From Diplonema japonicum (Eukaryota > Protista > Euglenozoa: Diplonemea): DNA of 64,000 bases. Where the stretch lies: positions 372,001 through 436,000 of the forward strand of contig OZ025728.1 in the NCBI GenBank assembly GCA_964019335.1, in the 5' to 3' direction. Each line of letters starts with the position of its first letter. Positions within the stretch are counted from its first letter, which is position 1. The notes under the pieces were generated by a model. The model saw nothing but the letters and a program-made list of their open reading frames with translations, did no database searches and was not told where the DNA came from. The translations under genes were made by a program, and so were the position numbers. Positions 1 through 12,127 of this stretch are shown piece after piece.

Positions 1-223
1 CTCCCTAGCAGCGTTGGCAAGCGGGCCGCCCTTAAGGGACGCCGTGTAGGCCCTCGTCAGTGCCACGAAGAGCACCTTCACACCACCTGTCTTCACCAGC
101 ATGTGCTCGGTGTCGCTCCTGCACAGCGAGATGATAAGCTCAACAGCCGCACTCACAACAGGCAGGGAGTACTTGAACTCTGTCTTCCCTGCGCACAGGG
201 CGGTGAACAGCTGTGGTGTGGTT

Positions 224-258
<35 letters not shown>

Positions 259-577
259 CTTTCTCTTTTTCTTCTTTTTCTCTCTTCATTCATACATGAA
301 TGTTTCTCAGCAGCTCTTGCTTGTTGGCGGCTGCTGCCTGCAGGCTCCTCATCTTCTGCAGGCTCCTCACAAGTGCTTGGTCGTCCACCTCACTGCTGTT
401 CACCAGTTTGTTGAATTCTTTAAGCTCCTGCAGATAAGGATTGTTTTTTTTTTCTTTTTCTTTTTCTTTTCCCCCCTTCTTTTTCGAATTCCACACATTT
501 TGCGCTGCCTTCGTTTCGGGCCTGGACATCTTCTCCCACAGGTACGATCCCACATAGCAAGCTCCCAGCGCAGTCAT
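1..577 (-). CDS. Partial spliced gene, helical/armadillo-like protein; runs off the window start
   Basis: ATG at 577. Removing GT-AG introns 428-496 (69 nt, purine-rich, in-frame, so less certain) and 211-295 (85 nt) gives an open frame to base 1: ...ELLRNIH|LFTALCAGKTEFKYSLPVVSAAVELIISLCRSDTEHMLVKTGGVKVLFVAL. The ARM-like call is a by-eye impression. Confidence 0.7.
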
Positions 578-782
578 TCCTAGTTTGGTTTTTTTTTTTT
601 TTTTTTTTTTCTTTTTTCCCTTCATACCGCCGGTCACAACATTGCTTCTAACTGATGTCATCTTTTTTTTTTCTTCTCCTGTTCGGGGTTTTTTTTTCTT
701 CCCCTCCCCGCCTTTACTCGCAACATACAAATAAAAAATAAAAAGAAATAACAACCATAACGTAGTAACAAAAAAAAAAAGG

Positions 783-822
783 TGTCTTTGAAGGGAACCT
801 GCAGTATGTGACAGGATCGCCT
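783..822 (-). promoter_or_regulatory. 40-nt element, copy 1, in a presumed 3' UTR
   Basis: AGGCGATCCTGTCACATACTGCAGGTTCCCTTCAAAGACA (minus strand), identical to 1954-1993; lies 74 nt after the stop at 897. Confidence 0.6.
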
Positions 823-896
823 TTAAAAAAAACGTGTAATGTAATAGAACAAACGGTTCGGTGTCCCCCCCCCCCCCCCCCCCCCCCTTCTTCCCT

Positions 897-1211
897 TCAG
901 CGTGGTGCTGCTGGTGATGACGCAGCGGCAAGTGGTTGCTGTGGCAAAGGGGGCAGGGTCTGTGCCTGCAACCGTATCTGCTGCTCTCTTGCTGCCGCAC
1001 GCTGCTGGACTAGCATTGCATGGTCCTTGAGCATCTTCCCGTCCCATCTGAATTTACCATCAAACAATTTAAGCATCGGCTGATACTTTCCACTCCCCTT
1101 CATGTGGAGAACACCGCCACGCATTTCGTAAACCCCCGCATGCCCAACATGAACTTCCCCTAAACCTACCGAGGGGATGTGGTGCTTGCCTACGTGGACC
1201 CGGCTGCTCAT
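897..1211 (-). CDS. Hypothetical 104-aa protein (MSSRVHVGKHHIPSVG...)
   Basis: GC-rich open frame between low-complexity spacers, on the cluster strand; ATG at 1211. Confidence 0.55.
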   Translation of the reverse strand: MSSRVHVGKHHIPSVGLGEVHVGHAGVYEMRGGVLHMKGSGKYQPMLKLFDGKFRWDGKMLKDHAMLVQQRAAAREQQIRLQAQTLPPLPQQPLAAASSPAAPR

Positions 1212-1953
1212 TTGCCTGAGAATATGATTATTCAGAATCAAGGAAAGAAAGAGAATAAACAAAAAAAGCCCTTTTTTTTTATATTTAGACAACTGGAAAA
1301 GGGGGTAAGAAAGGAGGGGGAGGGGGGACGGGGGGGTATATTGTGAACAAATAAATAAACCTTGCCCAAACACAGGAATTTTTCCCCCCAAAAAAAAATC
1401 CGAATTTCAAATCTTCTTAAGGCCCCCCATGAAGAATTTTTTAGATAAAACGGAAATTTTTTTCTGCCCCCTTACTCATAGGGGGGGGGGGGGGCTTTTT
1501 CATTTCATCCACGGCTCGGTTCTTATTCTTCACAATAAAAATTAGCATTATTTTTACCCAATAGAAAAGCTGTCTAATTTCGGGGGGGGGGGGGGGGGGG
1601 GGCATTTTTCTGAGCCCTCGGCCTCAAAAATCCCCCTCGGAGCTCTCTCTCTCTCTCTCTCTCTCCCCCCCCCAGGAAACAAACGCTTTTTATTAGGTAT
1701 TTATATACCATTATTATTTTGTTGTTTTGTTCAATTTGAAGAAAAAAAATCTTAATGAAAAGAGTCTTTAAGTGATGGGGGGGGGGGGGGGGTTTCTTCT
1801 CCCCCCCCCCTCCCCATTCTTTCTAGTAAGGGGTGTTGTTATTGGCAGAGAAATGCTTACAAAAAAAAAAACGATAATAAAGTCTAGAAGAAAAAAGAAG
1901 GGGGGAAAGAAAAGTACATTCTATCGTATAATAAATCTAAACACAAAAAAAGA

Positions 1954-1993
1954 TGTCTTTGAAGGGAACCTGCAGTATGTGACAGGATCGCCT
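1954..1993 (-). promoter_or_regulatory. 40-nt element, copy 2, in a presumed 3' UTR
   Basis: Exact match to 783-822; lies 78 nt after the stop at 2072. Confidence 0.6.
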
Positions 1994-2071
1994 AGTAAAT
2001 CTAAGCACAAAAAAAGAGGGAGGGAGGGGAAATCTCAACTTCTTTCTTTTTTTTTTTTTTCTTTTTTGTAT

Positions 2072-5000
2072 TCACCACTTTCTAGGGACAGCGCTCCTTA
2101 AGGGGGTCTTCTTAAGGCTTTTGAGTTTCTCTTCCGCAATCTTCGAAGTTCGTTCCATCTCTTTCACGCGTGCCCTGGTCTGCTCCTCCATAAGCTGCGT
2201 GCCCTCGACGGTGTCTTGTAAGAGTTTTAAACGTCTGTTTTTCCAGCCGATTTCGAGCTTCTGCTTGCTGAGCTCCTCCTCGAGGGCACGGACTTCTTGC
2301 TGGCAGTGCTCGGCTTCTTGTTTAGCCTCGTCGAGCTTTGCTAGGCAATCGTCGAGTTGAAACTTTCCGTTGTGATGTGCTACTGCTGCTGCTTGCATGC
2401 CTTCTACAACCTGCTTTACAGCGCACACACTTTCGTTCAGAGAGGGTGAGTAGCCTACTATAGATGATAAGGTGTGCAGTGCTATGTTTACTTCAGAGTC
2501 CCTCTGGCGGTTGGCACACGCTGCCACCAGAGCGTCCCAGTACTTCCTTGTCATCATCTGTTGTGTGAAGTTGTGCAGATCCTTCATGACCGTCCATGCC
2601 CTTTGCTGTCTTGTGTTCTTTTTATTCTCCTTCATTTCCTTCACCGCCACCATTGCTGCGTCTGCCTCTTGCTTTGCCAGTTTCAGCCTCCCCTCAACTC
2701 CTATCTGTTCGCTTCTCAGGGCCACGATGTGTTTACCTTCTAAGTCCTTTGCCAGCCCCTTCCATTCCTGTTTCATTTTCTCGTGCTCGGCCTCCAGTGC
2801 TTTGCACTTTGCGGTATGCTGTTCCTCGAGTATTCTGAGCTTTCCTTCTTGTTCCAGTAATAGCAGCTTTTTCTGTTCCTCCAGTAGTTTTCCAGTTTGT
2901 TCCTCCTTTATGTCGGAGAGTTGAGCCTTGAATTGTATCTCTTGTTCCCTCCGTTCTGCCTCCTTCCTTGCGCCCTCCAGTGCCTGCTCGTAGCTTCGTT
3001 GCTGCTCGTGCATCGCGTTGTTCAGTTCTGTTGTCTGTTTGTCATGTTGCTGCCTCAGTGTCGCCCTTTGGTTTGCGAAGTCCTCTTGCAGGTTTTGTAC
3101 CAATTGGACGTGGCCTTCTTGCATCCTCTGGTTTGCCGCGCTCTGTTCTCTTAACTGTGCTGTGAGGGACGCCCTTTCCTGCTCGAGCTGGTTGCTGAGT
3201 GTTACCTCTGTCTTCCTGGCGCTGTCCTGCAGTTTTGTGACCTCCTCGTTGCGGTTCCGTCTCACGACCCTTTCCTTGCTGTATGTTTGCCATTTCATGA
3301 AGAACCTCTCCAGGACGGTTGCGTGTGTGCTCCTTGCCTTGTCCATGCTCTGCACTGCCCGCTGTGCTCTGCAGTTAGCCAGTTTTTTCGAGTTGTGGTG
3401 GTCGTTCTTCTTCGCGACAGTCAGGTCGAGAGTGAGTCGTGCTACTTTGTCCTCGTGCAACCATCGCACCCAAGCAACGCACGCGCCGGATATTAACGCC
3501 GTCTCGGTCTTACTCTGCAGTGCTTGTGCGATCTTCATCTTCAGCTTGCGCATTTTTTGCAGCTTTACGTTCGCCTTTAGAAGTTCGAAATATCTTCCTC
3601 TCAGTAGCTCTGTTTGGTTGAACAAGTTGAACACCTTGTTGAAGGCTTGCCCGCGCTTCTCCCTGCTGTTTGAGCCCTGCTTCATCTTCAGCACGAGGTT
3701 GCTGTAGTTGTTCTTTGCCTTCGTCGTAGCTTCAGTGGCTTCATCTAGGTCACTTTGCAGCGTGGCGTTGGCCTCTGCTAGTTCCGCCCGCTCATGCTTG
3801 ATCGCCTCCAACTGCCTGCCCCTATCCTCGCACACTTGCTGCACTTTAGGCAGCCTCTCAGCCAAAGGCTTCAGCTCCAGGTTCTCCAGCGTGAGGTCCG
3901 TGATCTCAGTTCTGCAACTATCCAGGTCTTCCGATAGCTTGGCCATTCTCTTCTCCAGGAGGGGTACTTTGCCAGCCACCGCCTGAACCTCAGTGTGTTG
4001 TTCCTTAAGTTGTTCCAGTTCGGTTTCTTGTTGCGCGTGTTTCGCTGTTAGCTGCTGGTGCTCAGTCTCCACTATCTTAAGACGCGCAGCTTTCGGCTCC
4101 AACATTTGCACTTTTGAGTTTGCTTCTTGAAGCTTTGTCTTGCACTCGGACAGGGCACTCCGCTCAGTATCCAGCTCCTTTTCAACAACAGGGAGACGTT
4201 CGGCCTTGGGCCTCAGAGTAGCCAGCTCACCATTTGCTTTCTCAAGGACAGAAGCAGTCTTGTCTAGGTCGGCTTCAGCAGCGATCAAACGCTCCGCCTT
4301 CGGCCTCAACTCCGCAAGCTCTTCACTTGCTGTCTCAACGTCAGCGGTGGTCTTAGCAAGCTCACTCTTGACCTTCGCAAGTTCCTCCTCTACCATAGGG
4401 AGGCGCGTGGCCTTCGGTCGTGCGTCGGTGAGCTCCGTGTTCGCTTTGTCGAGAGTTGCAACGGTATTGGTGAGCTCTTCCTCTACTAGAGTAAGGCGGT
4501 CGGCCTTGGGTTCTGCGAGGGCAAGCTTCTCGCGAGTTTCTAGCAACCCAGCAGTTGCCTCCTTCAACTCGCTCTGAGCCTCGTCGAGACTAGTGGTAAC
4601 TATGTGCAGCTGCTGCGTGGTGTCTTTCAACTGTTCCTCGACTGCAGGTAGCAGGCTGGCTTTGGGTTCCACCTCGCTCAAGGTAGCTGACAGCTCCTTA
4701 GTAACTAGCTCGAGACGCTTCACTTCCTCATCCAGCTGCTGCTTCTCCTGCTCGACGGTTTCAAGCTGATTCGCCTTGGGGCTGAGTTCCTCAACTAGCG
4801 CCATGAGCTCCTCTGCTCGTGTTCTTGTGTTGGCCAGCTCGTCCTCCGCAATAACTAGCCTTTCCAGTTTAGGGTGGGCCTCCGTCATGTCAGTGCGCAG
4901 TGCAGCGAGGTCCTCTTCCGCTTGATTCAGCTTGGATTCGGTTTCCTTCGTTGCCTCGAGCTTTTCATTTAACGCTTGCAGCTCTTCTTCCAAGACGGCT

Positions 5001-7684
5001 ATTTGTTTCCCAAGCTTCTCCGTTTCTTCAAGCCTGTTGCTCTCGATCATGTCGATGGTGGCCTGCAACCTTTGCGTCGTGGCGGTGATGGCATCCTGTT
5101 GGTGTTCTTAAACTGTGTTTGAACATCGAATACCTCGTTCTGCTTTACGAGAAGCTCCTTTGCCGCCTTGAGCCTGTCCATTTCAAGAAGCTGTTCTTGT
5201 TGCGAAAGCCTCGTTTCCCTCATTAGAAGCGACTCCTTCCGCTTGAGCTGCTCAACAGCGTCATCTGTATTGCGGTGTTGCAGTGCGGTGTGCGTACCTT
5301 GCTTCCTTCTTATTATGGACTCCTGCCTCTTTATTCGGTACTCTTCTTCAGTGACATGCTTTTCAAGTTGTTCGCTCATGTCGGTTTCTACTCTTTTAAG
5401 CTGGCTGTTCCAGTACACCTGTGTTGTTGTGTGTTGTCTGCACTAGGCTGCATTACCTGATCCTGAATATGCTTCCAGGCATCTAACAGCCCCTTCCAGT
5501 CAAGCAACTCCGTGTTTTCTATGAGCATCCTCTCGCTTTCGTCTAGTGAGGTGATCTGCTTCTTCTCAAGGTTGTGCACCTCATCGGTACGCTTGATGAG
5601 TTTCATTTTCAGTTCCTGGCACTCTGTAAACAACCCGCTGGAGTCTTTGGCCGCCTGGCTCATCTTTTCTTCGGCCCAGTTCTGTAACTCGGACACTTGC
5701 TGGTTTTTCTGCGCCAAAACCTCTCTCAGGGTTTTGGTTTCGTTCTCCACATTCTCGGCCCCGGCCGCCTTCACGCTGACGACCTCTTCTTCAAGTGCTT
5801 TGATCTTGTCGATCAGCTCCTGCTTCTTCTTCTCGATGGTCTGCGTCATGCGTTCCGTGTCGGCTGCTGCCTGTGTGCGTAGATTGTTGGCCTGTGTCGT
5901 CGCAGTGTCGGCTGCGGCGAGGGCGGCTTCTTGCTTGTCCCATGCGGCTCTCTGTAGTGGTGTTGTGGTTGTGGTGCATGTCATACCAGGTCCATGTCGA
6001 AGTGTTGGATCTTATCATCGACAATCTTGTCGGAGGTACGCATCCGTGCCCACAAGCGCCACGCCATGTACTTCCTGTTGTGCGTGTCTTGTTGTTGTGT
6101 TGCATACCAATTCAGCACGTTGCCCGTGGCATGGCGGGACAGCACATCTGCCGTGCGCTGGCGCAGTAAACGGTACTTGCGCTTCATCGTCTCCAGCGAC
6201 GTGGTGCGCTCCACCTCAGCACGCTGCAGCTCCGACTCCCTCGAAGACTCGTGCATTTGAATGTCGGTCATTTCATTCCGCATAGCGTGCAGGGTGTTGT
6301 CCCTGTCCGTGATGGTGCTCTCTAAGTGCGTCACTTGCTTCTTTAAATCAGCGATAAGCTCCTCGTTGCACTCCACACGTGCTAGGAGCATCAGGCTTTT
6401 GTTCTCTGCTAACTTGTTGGCTTGCTTCTGGTGATCGATCTCCTGTTGTTTCTCAGAGATTAGATCTGCACCCGCAACCTGCGCTGCTTGCATGGACTTC
6501 CTTGTCTCGATAACTAGATCGTTGAGCTGCTCCAACTCCTCGTCTTTCTTCTCCATCATAGTCATCAGCTGTTTTCTGTCCCTGTCTAGCTGCAGGTTGT
6601 TCTCCTTGCTTGTCCTGAGTGCTTCTTCACACACAGCCAGCACGTTCGCCGTCTTCACCTCGTTCTCCTTGCTCATGGCAACGTCTTCCTCAAGTCCTTC
6701 GATCTTCTGTTTCAGGTTTTCTTGGTCGCGGATGGCCTCCTCTAATGTCAGTTCGTTGTTTCTGTCGAGGCCTCTCATCACGTTGTCCAGCTGCTTCTTC
6801 AGCACTTCGATGTCGTTTAGAAGGATTTCGCGCTGCTGCTCACCTTCGCGCAAGGTGTGCATTCTAAACTTCAGTTCCTGGTGCTGGTACTGGTAGGCTT
6901 CATAGAGGTCCTGAGCAACGGAGATCGGCACCAGCTCGTGGCCCAGCTTCTTGAAGCCAGCGACCTCCTTGATGAGGGCTTCAACACGCTCGTCGACGTC
7001 ACTTATGTCACGGACTTCATTCTTCGCAGGGACGGCGAAGGGTTGTGTCTTTGCCTCTTCCGTGACGGGGTTGATGGCGAGAGGCGCAGCAGCAAGGGGC
7101 GCGGAGGTGGGTGTGTTGCTGAAGCCGGCTGCTGCAGCCATGCCCGTCTGCGTGGGATGGGGCGGGGGCGGGGGCGCCTCGGAGATGGACGGCCGGTGGT
7201 CTGCTTCCCGCATGCTAGCAAAGGACATCCCAGGCCCCGTGTGCGTGCTATACACCCTGGGGCGGAGGCCCACAGAGGTTTGCTTCTCCCAGGCAGCCTC
7301 CTCCTGCTGGAGTTCTTGCATCACACGGGTTTCCGCGTCCACGTTGTTAAAGCTAATGACACCTGTTTTCTTACTACGCACTGGCGTCACATGTCTGTGT
7401 GTAGGACTCGGGCCCCCTATAGGTGAGCCTGACTGGTTGGGAGGTGCTGCTAAGGGCTTCCTGAAGAGCACAGACGTAGGGTTGCTGATGCTGTTGAGCC
7501 GCTCTAACATGTCCTTCTCGTCGATGGCGCTTCCAGCTCTTCCGTTACGCACGCTGCCTGTCTCGCTGGCTTCGGAATAGTTGCTGCTCACCGGCTGGAT
7601 TAGTCCTAATGGGAGCTTTTCCAAAGCATCCTCAGTAACGTAGGGGTTGTACCCACTGCTGAGGTAGCCTGTCTGCGTGTTCAT
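2072..7684 (-). CDS. Giant coiled-coil protein (~1833 aa, 4 exons)
   Basis: Four track ORFs join in frame after removing phase-0 GT-AG introns 5952-5986 (35 nt), 5419-5456 (38 nt) and 5096-5133 (38 nt). Junctions: FDMDL|RAAWD, HIQDQ|VYWNS, KQNE|DAITAT. Heptad E/K/Q/L-rich sequence. The start could lie slightly further upstream. Confidence 0.85.
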
Positions 7685-8218
7685 GTGGAGAAGATCAGCC
7701 CCCTCCACGCCCCCTCCCCTCCTGCTTGGAATGGTTCGACTCTTTGTTTATATTATTCATAGTTTCTAAAAACTGTTCACTTTTCAAAGTATGGGAACCA
7801 AAAGAGATGAAAAAAAAGGGGGGGGGAGGGCGGTGGAGTGTGGCGAACGAAAGGAAAGAAATGGATTGTTCCTTTTTCTTATTTTCTTTTTTTTTTTGTA
7901 TTATCCATCCCCCCTTTTTTTTTTCTTTTTCGTTTCCTTTCCTTGGTTCCTTCTATGTACTCATACTTTGCAACCTAAAAATTTTAGGATTCTTTAGAAC
8001 TTCTTAGGATTCGTTTTCACAGGGTTTTGTAAATGAAAAAAGCCGGAAGAGGGGGGGGGGGGGGGGTCCGTAACTTCACCTTGACTTGGAAAATAAAGTA
8101 AACAATCCTTTATAAAAAAAAAAGCCTCAAAAATCAAAAAAAAAAATTTTTTTTTGGCCAAAATCCTAAAATTCTAAAAAGTAGCCCTAAAAACTTTTAT
8201 TGTTGCAAAGTACTCCAG

Positions 8219-8258
<40 letters not shown>

Positions 8259-8323
8259 GATCAGATCTTTCATTTCAATTGTTAGAGGTCGAACCTTCAT
8301 CAACTAATCATGCAATCCATATC

Positions 8324-8920
8324 TCATCGTTTGTTACCTCCACGCACTATGTTCCAGGTGTCAGAGGAGGATGTAGAAGCGACCGAGTGGTCAGTTGGGA
8401 CGAAGTGCAGAGACACTGCCGAGGGCTCTCTCTGGAGAGGCTCGAGCTGAGTAGGGGAACTGGAGGTGTGTGTAAGGTGGTCCAAAGTGTCCATTGTCAG
8501 ACTCCCATCGAAGGTAGGCTCATTGACAGACTGGGTCTGCTGAAGGAGGGAACTTGATGATGGCTCACGCTTAGGAGGTGGTGAGGGGAGGGTGTTCTCG
8601 AACTCCGCTTTTCTCTTAGAATATACAGACTCGAGCTCACTGAGAACCCCTCCGTCTTCGGCTTGAGTTCCTACCTCTTCCTCCTCTTCTTCTTCCTCTT
8701 CTTCTTCTTCTTCCTCTTCTCCTGCCATTTCTTCCATATATCGTTTTCGTTCCTCCTTCTCTTCCTGCCGTTGTTCTACCCTTTTATCTGCCAGCCACCA
8801 CAACCTCACACCCAACCCTATAATAAAGCCCCCAAGGAGCATTACAACCCCCACCCACATGACAGTCACGGTCTCCCATAACCGCACCTCGTACTCAGGC
8901 GAAGTTACGGGATCGCTCAT
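8324..8920 (-). CDS. Hypothetical single-pass membrane protein with poly-Glu tract (198 aa)
   Basis: ATG after an A-rich leader; hydrophobic stretch VTVMWVGVVMLLGGFIIGLGV followed by an acidic run. Confidence 0.7.
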   Translation of the reverse strand: MSDPVTSPEYEVRLWETVTVMWVGVVMLLGGFIIGLGVRLWWLADKRVEQRQEEKEERKRYMEEMAGEEEEEEEEEEEEEEEVGTQAEDGGVLSELESVYSKRKAEFENTLPSPPPKREPSSSSLLQQTQSVNEPTFDGSLTMDTLDHLTHTSSSPTQLEPLQREPSAVSLHFVPTDHSVASTSSSDTWNIVRGGNKR

Positions 8921-8956
<36 letters not shown>

Positions 8957-9541
8957 GAATTCTCCTTTTTTTTCCTTCCCCACCCCCCTCCTCCAATGGC
9001 TGTTTTTTTGTTGTGATTTGAATTTTTTCTTCTTTTTTTTTTCCCTTGCTTTTTGCCGTCATTAATAATTTTTCAAAAAAAAAAAAGAATAATAATAATA
9101 TAAAAGGCACGAAGCTTTTTGTTTTTCTTTCTTTTTTAATCAGGAAGGAAGGGGGGGGGGAAAGAAGGAATAAAATAAGGGAAGAAGAAGGGGGGAGGGA
9201 GAGAAAGGAGAGACATTAGAGGACACGAGGCATCGGTTCACAACAGGGAGTGGGGAGGTGGGGGGTCCTCCTCTTTTTTTTCTTTTTCGCGTGTAAATTA
9301 GATGGGGGAGAAAAAAAAACATGATTTCTGTAAATGAAAAGTTTTTTTCTAAGGTTTCTTTTTTTTATATAAAAAAGCAAATGGTCTTCACCCCCCCCCC
9401 CCCCCCCCCTCTTCCATTTGTTCTTCTTTTTTTTTCTTCTTCTTATTCAAATGCAATATGGTTTAAAAAAAAAAAGAGAAAAAAAAGAGAATGATTATAA
9501 ATTTGTAACACTTTGTGCTGGGTAAAAGAAACTTTATCATT

Positions 9542-9572
<31 letters not shown>

Positions 9573-9590
9573 CTTCTCTTTTTTTTTTCC

Positions 9591-10193
9591 TTATCTGACG
9601 AACCTTGAACCAATGCAGTTTGACAAGATGGTGTTGTGGGGAGGAGGAAGGAGGTCCCAACTTACCGTGTTCCGTGAGGGGGACACGGCATCTGAAGTGT
9701 CGGTTTGCCACGAAGTTGTAGAAGACTCTGAACACACGTCCCAATCGATGACCGAGCGCTGCACACTGCAACGGGGAGTCACCGTGACCTTAAGGTCCTG
9801 CCACATTTCTGATTCTTGCAGGGTGAGCCGGAGTCTGGATGCTATTTCAGAACGGAGCAAGACAGATGCCTCCAAGGCCAGACAGGCCTCGCGTTGTGCG
9901 TACAGCATCTCTTTTAGGATAAGTACCTTTCTTGTTTCTTCCATTCCCTGCCCAAGAGCCATTTTTTGTTCGAGAGCCCAGAGATCGCAGTCTCTGCCGA
10001 TCACCTCCATCTTCAATTTTTCTATTTCTTTTTCCTTCTCAAGCTTCCAGTTCCCGTCCTCGTCGCCCGACATGCAGTCCTTGAACTGTATTTCCTCTTC
10101 TTGGCTCGACTGTCCCTCCGTGCTGCCGTCCACCTCCTCTCGGTAGCAGCTTGAGTCATCGTCACTCAGGCAGGCCAGGTGGCGGATTTCCAT
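9591..10193 (-). CDS. Hypothetical protein (200 aa), short coiled coil
   Basis: MEIRHLACLSDDDSS... start after A12; coding-like composition. Confidence 0.6.
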   Translation of the reverse strand: MEIRHLACLSDDDSSCYREEVDGSTEGQSSQEEEIQFKDCMSGDEDGNWKLEKEKEIEKLKMEVIGRDCDLWALEQKMALGQGMEETRKVLILKEMLYAQREACLALEASVLLRSEIASRLRLTLQESEMWQDLKVTVTPRCSVQRSVIDWDVCSESSTTSWQTDTSDAVSPSRNTVSWDLLPPPHNTILSNCIGSRFVR

Positions 10194-10839
10194 TTTTTTT
10201 TTTTTAATGTGTAATTCTTTTGTTTTTGTTTTTGTTTTTGCACGAATAGAAATGGGTAAAAAAAAGAAAAAGAAACGAGAAGAAAAAAAACAGGGGGGGG
10301 GGCAAAAAAAATTCAGTAGAAAACCATGTACGTTACTCATTCCACGCGTGACCCTTATTTCCCACTGCTCTGTACGATGTACGACTCATTTTCAACAACC
10401 GGTTTCTTGTCTTGGTCGCGGTTTTAACAAAAGATTTTTGCTCAGAAGAAAAAAAAAAAGAAGAAGAAGAAGAAGAAAAACAGTGTCCAGAAAGGGGAGG
10501 GAAATCTTTTTTTCTTCTTTTCTTCTGAAACTGAGCAAAAGGGGGACCATGACAAACAAAAAAAAAAAAAAAAAAAAAAAAAAAAGAAACCAATTATTGC
10601 TGCGAAGAGGGAGGGCTAGGGATAATACCTTACCGTTTTTTTTTTTTTTTTTTTTTTCCCTCAATTTTTTTCTCTTTTTATTATCCAATGAGGACATTGC
10701 GAGGCTGTTCTTTGTGAAGCAAGAGCAAATACAAATTGGAAAAAAAAAGGGGGGGAGATAAAACAAACAATAAAACAAAAACAAAAATAGACGTTTGAAT
10801 GGAAAAAAAAAAGGGGGGGGGAAACACAAGCGCCCCTCC

Positions 10840-12042
10840 CTAAAGTTTGCTGGGCTTGTACTCCGTTCTGAACCAGTGGAGAAGGTTGACCATCTTGGCA
10901 CGAACAGTTTTCCTCATTTCAGCATTGGTCTTAGCGTTGGCCTCTGCACTGTGCTCCCTGGCGATGGTGTAGTAGTAACCGATGTCGTTCTGCATCTGTG
11001 CTGTGTAGGTGGTACCGTCGTTGAGCACGTTGGGCGTGCTGAGCACCTTCAGGAGGCCCTCGTTGTTGGCACCGCTCTGCCCAATGCTGCGCATGCCGTC
11101 GTTGGCTGTCTTCCTGCGCCCGTCTGTGATGGGCTCCCAGTTGTCGAAGTTTGTCTCGAGCCTGTACCAGGCACCGTTCGAAGTGTCGATGGGCCAGTAC
11201 CCACGTCCAGTGCCTGATGCCGCAGATGTCCCGTTTCTGTCTCTAGTGATGACCACACCGTCGCCCTTCTCCACACCGCCCACAATGAGGTACGCAGGTG
11301 CCGGGATAGGCTTCGCCCCCAGAAGCTTCGTTGCTGCGGTGAAGTTAGCCTCCGTGTACAGAGCGTCCCTCAGCGTGAAGCCCACGTTCTGCGTGCCCGC
11401 ACGGAGCTCCTTGATGGTGTCCTCGTATGGAATCACGGACTTGCCGTAGAACCTTTGGTCCAAAGAGATAGACCATTCTGCACGGTTTGGTGTCTCGAAG
11501 TGCTGTCCTGTGAGGACCCCGCAGTAGCCGATGTACATGGTGTTCGAGGACACCTTCTTCCCGTTCTTCACGAAGTCGATCGTCGCCGTGAAGTTCTGCA
11601 GCCCCGGCAGCCCGTAGTCGAGGTTCCTGGAGTGGAACATGGTCCCGTTAGTGTTCTCTGCCACGATCGACGTGCACGCGTCCTCCACCTCGTAGAACAG
11701 CTGCACCATTGTCATCTGACCTCTGGTCCACTCGGGGTGGCCGTTCTCGACTATGAGCTCGTGGAAGGCAAGGATCTCCTCCTGGTAGAAGGTGGGGTAG
11801 CCGAGGAAGATCTCGTCCCACAAGGGGTCCGTCTCCTTCCACTCCTCTTCTGTGAGGACGGCCGTTAGGAAGTTGTGCAGCGGGCCCCACACATTCTCGT
11901 ACCCGTGCTTTGCCAGCAGGTAGTTCACGACAGGGGTGTACCTTTGCTTGGGGGACTGGTCCAAGTCCATCGCGAACCGAGGGGCTATGAAGTCGGCAGA
12001 GGCGGTGACCAGGACGGCCATCAGGGCGACGGTGCGCAGCAT
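10840..12042 (-). CDS. N-acylethanolamine acid amidase / acid ceramidase family (Ntn hydrolase), secreted or lysosomal
   Basis: Signal peptide MLRTVALMAVLVTASA; catalytic motif CTSIVA...HSRNLDY; YLIVGG, VVITRDR and ETNFD motifs. Confidence 0.9.
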   Translation of the reverse strand: MLRTVALMAVLVTASADFIAPRFAMDLDQSPKQRYTPVVNYLLAKHGYENVWGPLHNFLTAVLTEEEWKETDPLWDEIFLGYPTFYQEEILAFHELIVENGHPEWTRGQMTMVQLFYEVEDACTSIVAENTNGTMFHSRNLDYGLPGLQNFTATIDFVKNGKKVSSNTMYIGYCGVLTGQHFETPNRAEWSISLDQRFYGKSVIPYEDTIKELRAGTQNVGFTLRDALYTEANFTAATKLLGAKPIPAPAYLIVGGVEKGDGVVITRDRNGTSAASGTGRGYWPIDTSNGAWYRLETNFDNWEPITDGRRKTANDGMRSIGQSGANNEGLLKVLSTPNVLNDGTTYTAQMQNDIGYYYTIAREHSAEANAKTNAEMRKTVRAKMVNLLHWFRTEYKPSKL

Positions 12043-12127
12043 TTTAATATTTCCTGGGAGTGTTGCGATTTTTTTTTTTTTTGTATTTTTTTTCTTAAAA
12101 TATAGACCACTAACACCACCCCTCTCC

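Noticed and set aside
865-1810. G/C homopolymers as functional G-quadruplexes
   Set aside because: They occur on both strands throughout the spacers with no positional pattern, and run lengths are unreliable
5047-5990. Programmed ribosomal frameshifting between the overlapping coiled-coil ORFs
   Set aside because: Each shift is fully explained by a short GT-AG intron
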